Shown: positions 1 to 10,741 of the stretch, piece by piece | How positions within the stretch are numbered: the stretch's first letter is position 1 | Layout: each line of letters starts with the position of its first letter | NCBI GenBank assembly: GCA_030141605.1 | Contig: JAQGDQ010000382.1 | Coordinates: forward strand, 1 to 64,000 | Reading direction: 5' to 3' | Origin: Tubiluchus corallicola | Lineage: Eukaryota > Animalia > Priapulida | Length of the DNA stretch: 64,000 nt | The notes under the pieces: generated by a model | What the model saw: the letters and a program-made list of their open reading frames with translations, nothing else | The model's database searches: none | Told to the model about the DNA's origin: nothing | Position numbers and translations under genes: made by a program

Positions 1-1021
1 GAGAAACTCCTTTCTTAATACATGTAACAGTCAAATTAAACAATTTTCAGCTCTGTGTTACTTGCTTTGGGTCTGATTCAAACAATAATTTAGCTTCATT
101 GCAAAATGCATTCAAATCATAAGCAGAAAAATCGACGCGAAAGAACGATATACATCATAACTGGGATAATTTTTTATAGCAGGTACAATTATCTCACATT
201 AATTGTTTGTAAAGGGAGTCAGCAAACTTCGTCATAACTAGTGACTTTAAGATAGACAGCTGTTTGACAAATTAGTAATTTGTTCGATTTTTTCGCGCTT
301 TTAATAATTTCTAGACTTTTGTATGCAGACACATGCAAGCATGCACGCACACACACGCACACACGCACGCACGCACGCACACACACACACACACACCGAG
401 CAAAATTCCTTGTCTGATGAAAGCTGGGCAAAGCATCCAACTAAAAGGACAAAATTTTTAGTGAAACAACTAAATCAAATAATTTTTTGTTGTAACCTAG
501 ATGAATTATCAAATAGCTCTGCACAGCTACAATAAATTTTTCTTCATTAGTTGTTTCACTAAAAATTTTGTCCTTTTAGTTGGATGCTTTGCCCAGCTTT
601 CATCAGACAAGGAATTTTGCTCGGTGTGTGTGTGTGTGTGTGTGCGTGCGTGCGTGCGTGTGTGCGTGTGTGTGCGTGCATGCTTGCATGTGTCTGCATA
701 CAAAAGTCTAGAAATTATTAAAAGCGCGAAAAAATCGAACAAATTACTAATTTGTCAAACAGCTGTCTATCTTAAAGTCACTAGTTATGACGAAGTTTGC
801 TGACTCCCTTTACAAACAATTAATGTGAGATAATTGTACCTGCTATAAAAAATTATCCCAGTTATGATGTATATCGTTCTTTCGCGTCGATTTTTCTGCT
901 TATGATTTGAATGCATTTTGCAATGAAGCTAAATTATTGTTTGAATCAGACCCAAAGCAAGTAACACAGAGCTGAAAATTGTTTAATTTGACTGTTACAT
1001 GTATTAAGAAAGGAGTTTCTC
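1..1021. repeat. Long near-perfect inverted repeat: arms 1-473 and 547-1021, 73-bp spacer; possible foldback/Tc1-type non-autonomous element truncated by the window edge
   Basis: gagaaactcctttcttaatacatgtaacag at 1 is the reverse complement of the sequence ending at 1021, and the match continues inward to ...gtgaaacaactaa(473)/ttagttgtttcac(547). The only difference I saw is one extra CA/TG unit in the internal microsatellite. Confidence 0.95.
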
Positions 1022-2646
1022 AGTAACTTTTAAGTGAACGAGTATAAAAAATCGACAACACTTAGAAAAATGTACAGCAGCAATTATTGTTATGTTTGCA
1101 TATAGGTATCATAAGTATTTTTGAACTTCATAAAAGGAAAACAACTTTTATTAAAAGCTATAAAAAGTTAAAAGCACGTCGCAAACATTTGGATTGCAAC
1201 CTATAGTCATCATCATTGATAGATTAGATAAACAAATAATTAGTTTTAAAGTGGAACCTACAGTACAGAAATTCACTAATTATGTATTTACAAGGAAGAC
1301 AAATACCAGTGAATTAACAAACATGTAGAAAAGAATGGTGATACATAAAAGTATTGTTAGGTGTTTGTAAACAAAGTCAAAGGAATTAAACTACTTTGTA
1401 CATTAAGAGAAGGCTAGTTAGGTACATAGACAAACTTTCTTTTATTAATAAGTCCCAGCTATTCGTAATCTTGCTCACAATGCTGAAGTTATTAAAATCA
1501 GCTTTGCGATCACAGACATAAATATGAATCCTAGATTGAAGAGGATTTTTTAATTTTTTGCCAGTTGTAGAGGAAATATCCAGGTGTTCACATATGCTTA
1601 CTTTAAATTGTCTGGACGTTTTGCCATAATATGCTCAGACTTCCAAAGAACGTGATTCATTGCTTTTCGACAGAATATTTTAAAACAAAAGTGTTACAAA
1701 GAGTGTCAGAAAAAAGTGCTTTCTTCACTCATTTCATGGACCATCGTGAAAAACAGTAGCTTCAGGGGTTGTTGTTATATTAAACAAATGTTATAACAAT
1801 AAGAAACGCTATACTGAAGTGAATGACCATGGTGTACTATGGTGTGCTAGTGCGTTGTCACACATTGAACTATGGTTTGCTGTACAATGGAAAGCTTTTA
1901 AGAACAATAACACATAAACGTTACAGGCTAGATTTTCAAACAAATGCAGTTCCTATCAAACTGAAGGCTTGGTTACATTCTAAGTAAGTGCACAATTAAA
2001 AATATTCGAGTTTAAAGTTTCATGATATGATCATCACGAAGATAAAGTGCCCTTTAAAAGTGCCCTTTAATTTCGACCGTGAAGGATGGAAACTCCAGAA
2101 GAAGATTTAAGAAATTTTTTGATATTTAAAGGACACTTTGTCTATTTGTCGATTATGACCATCGCAAGTCTCAGAACAGCACTGTCTTATTTTCATGATA
2201 TGATTTTATTGCAATAATACAAAACTTAAGTAAAAAATACATCAAGTAATTTAGTACAAAAAAATCTGGATTTATTCTCATAACTTGTGCTGTGTAATTA
2301 CTACATTTGTTACGTTGCAGCAGTCTTACAGCTATTACTGGTTGGGTTTCTCATTACACTAAAATAACGTTCGTCCATTCCCCTAAGATATGAATGCGAA
2401 CTGGATTAGTTTTTTCAATGTTTCCTTGGATAACCAACATCTGATGAAGGACGGTTGGAACATCTTTCTCTTAAGTCTTTCGTAGTTAAACACGTAGAGG
2501 GAAACACTTCAACGATCTGAAAGTCGAAACAAAAGAATTAAATTTTACTGTCGTTAGAAATCATCATGCATCAATCGATTGCGAGCCTAAAATTTGAGCC
2601 ATTGTAAACCACGATGCTTGCAAACACACTTCAAACGTAGAATGTA

Positions 2647-2866
2647 CCGGGTGGCGCAACTCAGTGGCAGTGTGCTAGTTTCCCCCACCCTGGAGGCCGC
2701 GGGTTCAACTTCAGGTCGAGAGTCATTCCAGTGACGTAAAAAATAGCACCGTTGGTTCGTCGACCAAGCACACGGTTTACCGATGTAACATGCGGGTAAT
2801 AATAATTGGGGCCACCTTGGAAACAAGTGTTGAGTTACACAAGGTGTTATCCCTGTACTATGTCTT
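2647..2866 (+). mobile_element. tRNA-derived SINE with (ATT)n tail
   Basis: A-box-like tggcgcaactcagtgg and B-box-like gggttcaacttc; central gtcattccagtgacgtaaaaaatagcac segment; LINE-like 3' end ggggccaccttggaaacaagtg...ggtgttatccctg, directly followed by a long ATT array. Confidence 0.7.
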
Positions 2867-2871
2867 ATACG

Positions 2872-3112
<241 letters not shown>

Positions 3113-4436
3113 GTGTTATCAGAATTGACAATAAGGATACTTGCGTTTCACTTGCGTAACTTTAATATCTGATCTGTAGTAAAACCTTTATTAGATGGTG
3201 CTCTAAAATCGTGGTACGTACAAAGTAGTGAATTTACCACTATCTTGTGACACCTCTCATTCTTTTCACAAGTTACCTTCCCAGGACCACAATACAGGGT
3301 CAAGCATTTTGAGTATTGGCAGGATGTTTGCAGGATAATTATTGTGGCTAAATCTTAATGAAATAAAAATTATAAAAAGTAGCATAAGCAGCTCGCAAGC
3401 AGTTCCATACCTCGATCAACGATAGTATGTACAAAGGTACATAGTACATATATAGTACAGCGTACTGACGTGCAACCTTATACTCCATACAGTGTTAATA
3501 ATGTATGCTTTATATAATACATTATACATACACTGTGGTATAAATGCATACTAATTAGTTAGTCCCAGGGCATGAACGACCGATAGACAAACTAGGAAGT
3601 TGCCTAAAGCGCTAAATTCTTGAAGTTAATTTTTAAGATTAGCTTTAGCATAAACAATAACACAGGGTATGTGTAACTGCTTAAATGCAAGATACTTTAA
3701 TTCAATGAAACAAACTGCTTGTGATATTTTCCTGTCAAAATATATGACAAAATTTTACTGCCCATGTATTTGTTTATTAACTGTCATTGCAAATATATTG
3801 TAAATTATTTTATATTGTATTATATGGCTAGCATAAGTCATATGTGCCTGCTGCCATTTTTTGTAAAAATGTATTGTAATATTGTTCTTAAATAAAGTAA
3901 ATAAATAAAATTAAAAATCAGAGCCAAATCTTAGGACAATTTCAACTTCTGTGTTTGTTAATGGAGTTGACAGGTTCCTTTTATGTTCTTGGTCGTTTTT
4001 AAGGGTTGCACATCTCAAGAACTTTGAAATAATCCATAAATTATATGTCACTACGATGCCTAGAATTCCTTTGTTAAAACTTCAAGGTTATGATATATGT
4101 AGTAACTTTACCTGTCAGCTCAACCTGCTGGACATAGAAACTTCATTGATATTCTTCTCACATCACAAGAGTGAATTGAACTTTCACTTTATTACTCCCT
4201 ATAGCGGCGTGCACGTAGGAAACATTTATTCTCCTAATAATTTACACAGTGGACGGATCAGAGCAGCTTTTGAGTCAACTCTTTACACAACTGGTGTACA
4301 AAGTTTGGGGTAAGTGTCACAAAGGTTGCATAAAGTAATTTTTGTAATTTTAACTCTGCAACTAAATGAAGAAAAATTTAAAGCAGTGTTAAGGTTCATT
4401 ATGTAACAATTGCTCGTTATTATTTTGACACTGTAG

Positions 4437-4640
4437 CATTATGCAACAATCATTACGTAACAAAAGTGATGTGTTATGTAACAAATTAGTGCAAGGTTGG
4501 TTGTGGTCTGTGGACAGGTCTTGTCACGGTCAGGGTGACATTATGCAACAATCATTATGTAACAAAAGTGATGTGTTATGTAAGAAACTAATTCAAGGTT
4601 GGTTTGATCCGTAGATGGATCTCATCACGGTCTGGGTTTG
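4437..4640. repeat. Diverged tandem duplication, two units of ~102 bp
   Basis: cattatgcaacaatcatta(c/t)gtaacaaaagtgatgtgttatgtaa occurs at 4437 and 4539. Confidence 0.85.
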
Positions 4641-6508
4641 CTTTAATTATTGAACCAGTTTCCTTCAGTTCTATATATAGTCCTAGTCTTGAAGAAAATC
4701 CTCAAAATGTGTTTCTATAAAGTTCTGGGGCTTTTTTTCTAAGTGGACAACATGGCCAGTCTTATCAATTTCAATTATCTGAAAAAAACTGTTGCCAGTT
4801 CGAAAGGGGTAGGAAACACAAAAAAATGATGGCCAAGTTATTGCGCAAAATGTAAATAAAAAAATTAAATATTGAATAGAGGACATTTATTCTTGAGCAG
4901 TTATAATCTTTGTTGGATCCAAGTTGGATTTGAGTTGGATTCTTCAGCAGTCACTTTCATTTCAAAAATGGCCGCCACACAAAACGAATTTATGGTAATC
5001 ACGCAATTATATAACTCTTTTGCCTAAAGATTTATCATAAACACAAAAAAGGCTGTTGTTTTCAAGACAGCTTATAAGGTGGCTGTCGATAGCATGTAAG
5101 GGTCAAATCTGAGCTGTTACGTCAGATAGGATGATGTGTTGGTGTGAAAATGAAATTTTTTAAGGTCAGGGAATCCACGTCTGATGCTTAAAACACTTAT
5201 GACATAACCTATTTGGGATTTCAAGATGGTTGCCAAGAAAGCTACAGTCGCTGGTGTAATACATTAGCTATAATGAGAGAAGAAGAAGAATAATGAGAAT
5301 AATAATTACGTAGACTTTACGTAACTTTGCATTAGTCTATGCGTAGAGTGATTTACTAGCAGGATCTTACTTGGGGACAAGAAAAAATGAACTAGGTAAG
5401 ATTCTAGCCTAGTTGTTAAAATTGTTACTAGCACAACAGCTTCTGCTGCGAGGCGTTGACAAGCGTAAACAAATGCATTGTCTTGTACACTTAACCTTTA
5501 ACCTTTTAACGATCATCATCAATCGCCAGAACTATGAAAAAGCTTATTATTGTTATTCATATTGAACTGCAACAATACCAACAATATCATGTATGCATGT
5601 ATTACACCTTCAATGTGGTGCCTGACAAAGAAGCCAACAACGTTAGAGGAATTTGCTTTTTGCTTCTATAATAAATCTTTGGATGAAATAGTTAATATAA
5701 TTGCCTGATCGGCATAATTTAATCTTGTATGGCGGTCATTTTGAAAACGGCGGCCCATTTGAAGTACAGTGACAGAAATGGCAGAAATAGATTCTGTACA
5801 ACTACTCTGAAATAAATGTCACAATCGCCTCTTAATGTTAATTTTCTCAGAGTTTCTTTTGAATTGCATTTTTGCACAAAAACTTGGCGGCCATTTCGTT
5901 TTCTGCATTTTTGGGCATTTTTGGCTATTGTTTCAAGCTGAAAACAACCTTTTTTTCGGCTCAGCATTGTCAAGTCGACAAGACTGGCTAAGTCATCCAC
6001 TTTTAGAAAAAACTGCGTCTAGAGTTACACTTTTCTGAATATTCAACTAGGATAGATGAAACTTCTGTTCAAATAACTTGGTTCCAAGTTTAAGAGCAAA
6101 AATAAGAAACCTCAATTTTCCGATCGTAGTGTAAACAGTTTTTCTATGTAACTCTAGCTAAGTGCAATTAAAATCTCACTCGTCTATGTTTATCCCTACG
6201 TCTTGTCATTTTCCATTGTTTCATCTTTCTCACCACAGCTTCACACTCATTACCTTTCAGTACTTACCTTCATTACTCGCATAACCCTTCTGCACTCCCG
6301 TTATTCAATATTACCTGTTCAGCTCAGACCTACCATAATCGTTTGGCTATATCTTATCTATTATTCTCTTGATATTTCTATATTGTACATTTTTGGGTAA
6401 GACTAAGTCAACATTAAATAATAAACAAATAAACAATTTATGTTTCAGAAGATTCTTGAAGATATCGTGATATACAAACCGACAGAACAAACAGGGTAGA
6501 TATTTAAC

Positions 6509-8272
6509 ATGGCAATCGCTAGATTCTGCTACATCTTACTCGCACTGCAGTTGATTGAGCGTGTAGAAAGTACAGAGGCAGCCGAAGCAGGAAAGAGCAG
6601 CTTTTCAGTTTGCAAAAGAGATAGCGATTACCCGCTGGTTATGTTACCAATCCTGGCCCGCAACAAAGCACACACACTACCATATTACTTGGGCTACATT
6701 GACGAGCTAAACTATCCCAAAAGCAAAATTGCATTGTGGATCAGAACTGATCATAATATCGACCAAACTTCCGAGGTTTTAACCGAATGGCTGAGTCATA
6801 CAGGAGACAAATACCACTCAGTCAACTTCAAAACCTTAAACGAGCCACATATGTTCCCTGATGAACAAAGTGCACTTTCTTGGTCAGAGTCGAGGTTTAA
6901 TCAAATTATCAATCTTCGCGAGGAAGCTTTGGTCACTGCTAGAAACATGCAAGCTGATTATATATTTTTTGCTGATTGTGACACTTTCATTGAAAACAAA
7001 AACACGCTCCACATGCTCATCAACTCTAGTAAAACAGTCGTTGCTCCCATGATGATATCATTATCTACTTGTTCAAATTATTGGTCAAGTCAAAATCCAG
7101 ACGGGTATTACAGAAGAGGCGAAAATTATCTACAAATTCTATGGAGAAAGAAGCTTGGTTGTTTTCCAGTACCAGTGGTCCACTCAGTCTTCCTCATTGA
7201 CCTCCAGAGAAACTCTTCAAGAGCCTTGACCTTCGATGATAAGAAAATGACTGGTTACAATAAAGCCCGTGATGATGTGCTTATATTTGCAGACTCTGCA
7301 CGACGTTCTGAAGTAGAAATGTTTGTGTGTAATCAGGAACAATTTGGAACACTCACTATTCCGTTGTCCGAGTCTCACACATTAGAGGACGACGTTGAAG
7401 CTTTCACAAACTTAAAAATGGGTTCAATCGCAAAATTTACAAATGATCATACAGGTTTTCAGCTAGCAAAGCTCAGATGTGCAAACAGACTTTTGAAGTC
7501 GAGATATGTATCTATCCCACAGCAGAAGAAAGACTATTTAGGTTTTGACAGGGTATTTGTCATTAATTTGAAAAGACGACCAGAGCGAAAAGAACGCATG
7601 TTGGCAATGTTTAATGAACTTGGTGTCGAAGTCGAAATTTTTGATGCCATTGACGGACTTCAAATAAACACATCTTGGCTTGCAGATAATAACATTACAC
7701 TACTTGAAGAAAAGAATGCAAAAGTTCACTATTTGAATGGACCAATCACAGTAGGTCACCTAGCAGCTGCGATTTCACACTATAGTATTTGGGCAGAAAT
7801 TGTACGAAGGCAATACGAGTCAGCACTTGTGTTCGAAGATGATGCACTCTTTGTTAATGACTACAGAAAGAAATTGACAGCTGCTATGAATCACGCAAAA
7901 CAACGTGAATGGGACTTGGTATTGTTTGGGGGCTATTACGTACATACTGATGTATGTCGTACAACACCTCTTGAAGACTCTGATTTGTTAGTGCGTCCGG
8001 GTTACAGCTGGTGGGCACTCAGCTATGCTCTTTCATTTAATGGTGCAACCAAACTAGTAAATGGAAGACTCCTGGAAAAGTTAACACACGTAGACTGGTA
8101 CTTACCTATAATGTATGACAATTTTCCCGACGAAAAGTTTAAAAGCAATTTCTCGCCAAGAAATGTGGTTGCTTTTGCAGTAAAGCAATGGCTTAATTAT
8201 CCAAGTCATCTTCTAACTGATGAAAAACAGACTGATACCCACGGCACTCCCGCAATAAATACACTCACCTGA
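6509..8272 (+). CDS. Glycosyltransferase family 25 / procollagen galactosyltransferase (COLGALT/CERCAM-like), 587 aa, uninterrupted CDS
   Basis: N-terminal signal peptide. N-terminal domain motifs LARNKAHTLPY, LWIRTDHNID, DYIFFADCD, GCFPVPVVHS, DDVLIFA. GT25 domain motifs LGFDRVFVINLKRRPERKERM, AIDG, SHYSIW, FEDD, YSWWALSY. Splice acceptor tttatgtttcag at ~6448 implies a 5'UTR intron. AATAAA at 8309 and ~8504. Confidence 0.93.
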   Translation: MAIARFCYILLALQLIERVESTEAAEAGKSSFSVCKRDSDYPLVMLPILARNKAHTLPYYLGYIDELNYPKSKIALWIRTDHNIDQTSEVLTEWLSHTGDKYHSVNFKTLNEPHMFPDEQSALSWSESRFNQIINLREEALVTARNMQADYIFFADCDTFIENKNTLHMLINSSKTVVAPMMISLSTCSNYWSSQNPDGYYRRGENYLQILWRKKLGCFPVPVVHSVFLIDLQRNSSRALTFDDKKMTGYNKARDDVLIFADSARRSEVEMFVCNQEQFGTLTIPLSESHTLEDDVEAFTNLKMGSIAKFTNDHTGFQLAKLRCANRLLKSRYVSIPQQKKDYLGFDRVFVINLKRRPERKERMLAMFNELGVEVEIFDAIDGLQINTSWLADNNITLLEEKNAKVHYLNGPITVGHLAAAISHYSIWAEIVRRQYESALVFEDDALFVNDYRKKLTAAMNHAKQREWDLVLFGGYYVHTDVCRTTPLEDSDLLVRPGYSWWALSYALSFNGATKLVNGRLLEKLTHVDWYLPIMYDNFPDEKFKSNFSPRNVVAFAVKQWLNYPSHLLTDEKQTDTHGTPAINTLT

Positions 8273-9025
8273 TCTGCTTTCTCATTTTAAAACAGTCATC
8301 GTACAAAAAATAAAAAAATCTATGCGTACCAAAATACTAACTATAATCATAGTATATTATTTTATTATAATTTTGTTATACTTATGAGAAGATTTTTTAG
8401 CCATCTAAAGGCAAAAACTATCTAAATGTAACAGTGACTACATGTGTATACATGTTTGGCATTATACAAATCTAAATTTGTTCTGAACTATTAATGCAGC
8501 ACAAATAAATATAAATAATATACATATCAACACATCGTATATATTAATTTATAACCTATATAACCGACGATGTTATATATAATGCATATGGTATGTTGTG
8601 GGTGGTGTGGTGAGGTGTGGTGTGGGTTATGTGGTGTGAGTGGTGTGGCAAGTGTGTATTTGTGTTTTTTGTGATTAATTAAATGAAGAGACGTAAAATT
8701 GAGCTAAGTGGATTTAACTAATCTAGTGCGGTGTTCTGTAGTTTTTCCGAGACTATGTTAATTAGTCAACATTGATTTTGTTTACTTATATGGCTTAATA
8801 AGTAAGCTTATATATGTGAGATTGCGTGTAACGTTAGACAACTAGGTATTATTTGTGCAGTTAATTTCAATGTCTTTGCTTAAGAGGATGCGGACAATTA
8901 ACTTCATTTTACTTTGTTTTTCCCATCACCAATTAGGTACATGATAATTTGTAAGTTGTAATCTGGTAATTGCGATTTCGCGCCATATTAATTATATTTG
9001 TACTAACATTACGGTTTATATTCTA

Positions 9026-9600
9026 CTAGCTAAACCCCGCAGAGGAATTTAGCAATGCCAATACTGTGTGAAATGACAAACGTTAATTTTATTCCTTACA
9101 CATAATGTGTGAACGAAAAAACATAAACCTCGAATTACACGACCGCCATTCGTGCTGATTTGGGTGTTTTGAAAAGGAGTAAGATCTCTTTCTAAAGAGC
9201 TACAAAACGTTCTCCAAGACCAAACTTTTCCACTGCTGTTGGGTAAAAATTTCGAAAAAATCCGTGTGTTCAAGTGTCCGGGAAAACGCTTATTGCGGCA
9301 GACCATGAACCTCCCTAGAAACCAAACTACGTCTTTTACACTGTACGCAAAATGCTCTGTCTAATCATGAATAGCTCCCATCACTCGCAATCTCGTTCCT
9401 AGGATCTGAGTTTTATAATTGGTTCCTCTTAGACGTCCAGAATTGAAAATTCTGCTAATGGAGCCGGGTGAGGCCCAGGCGATTGATTTCATATGTAGTT
9501 TGTCGCAGTTGGTTAGGTTCAGTGGCTGTTGAGAAAATAATGTATTATATAAATAAATCCAACCATAAATAAACATACCCTTTGGTTTAATAGTACTAGA
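9026..9600 (-). mobile_element. Non-autonomous Helitron, apparently complete (575 bp)
   Basis: The minus strand reads A|TCTAGTACTATTAAACC...GCTAAATTCCTCTGCGGGGTTTAGCTAG|T: 5'-TC, 3'-CTAG, terminal hairpin (GCTAAA/TTTAGC), inserted between A and T with no TSD. Confidence 0.75.
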
Positions 9601-9669
9601 TTGTTATTAATGATACTCGTGTTTTCAAATATGTTGGTTTAGTCGACAATTCATATACGAAATCAAAGT

Positions 9670-9996
9670 ACAATTACTTGTGGTGTATTAGTAGCACTAT
9701 TTCCTAGTAACTGTGTAGTTCTTCTTAATTATACAGTGATTATGTCTAAAAGCCGGATTGGCAATTATTGGTTAGTACCTTTACATAACAGAAGTTGTCT
9801 TAATGGGGTGCCGATATAGATCGGGGTAAATAACTGCTTGTGGTGTGTTATAAAATACGTGCTTTATATGCTTATCAAAGGATCCAATTCGCCGAGAAAT
9901 AGAATTTTTTAATACTGGACCCCTAAAATGTGGCGCCCCTCAAAATATGGCGCCTTTGTATACAGTAAAGTTAGTCTATTGGTAAATACGCCCCTG
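9670..9996. mobile_element. Partial copy of the hAT-type MITE at 18834-19145
   Basis: Shares aattacttgtggtgtattag, taactgc(t/c)tgtggtgtgttata and the right terminus aatacgcccctg with the 18834 copy. Left TIR not seen. Confidence 0.7.
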
Positions 9997-10058
9997 TCTG
10001 CGTTCCCGATGGATAGAAAATAAGGAACTGTAATCGTGCATTTTCATCATACTCAATG

Positions 10059-10490
10059 CTAAATATGGAAACTTGTGCAGTCAGCAATGCAGTATCTCTT
10101 ACAAGAGAGTTCACTCACCTGACCTACAATGTCGCCGTGAAACTTTTCCCAACAAAAGATGTCGCCACAGTTGATACAGGATTTGGCCACATGAGATACT
10201 TCGTAAGGTGACAGAATCTTGCTCCACACGTTCAAATCACGAAACAAGGCATTCTCGTTATAAGCAAAGAATACATCTCCGACCGGGTAGTAATCATTCT
10301 CAAATATCAGTACTGTTCCGTCAAGCTTTGCGGGCAAATATTTCGCTTTAGTTTCACCCCCAGCCTGTAATAAATGTTCATCAAATTGACAAGTTATGTG
10401 TGTAATAACAAATAATGACCAGCAATGACCCAAACCATTACAACCATAATAAGTGGCGAATATTTTGATAACAACGGTATCATCACCATT

Positions 10491-10524
<34 letters not shown>

Positions 10525-10676
10525 TACAACAACAACAGCAGCAATATCATTATCAACATCATCATCATCATCAAATACAACGACAACAGCAGCAATATCA
10601 TTATCAAAATCATCATCATCACTGAGCCACATCGTAGTGACCATCATAATCGTCTCAGCATCACCATCTTTTAATC

Positions 10677-10741
<65 letters not shown>

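Noticed and set aside
219-803. Four mirror-image ORFs (CVCV/HTHT-rich)
   Set aside because: Products of the palindrome and its CA microsatellite.
2441-2530. CTGATGA...GAAAC as an active hammerhead ribozyme
   Set aside because: No convincing stem II closing directly on GAAA; at most a decayed Penelope-type relic.
4960-5900. Repeated AAAATGGC(C/G)GCC (YY1-like) motifs upstream of the GT25 gene
   Set aside because: This motif is common inside non-autonomous DNA transposons; boundaries and function could not be established.
10365-10622. N-terminal part of the 187-aa ORF 10059-10622
   Set aside because: Intronic microsatellite; the real exon starts at the acceptor at 10364.
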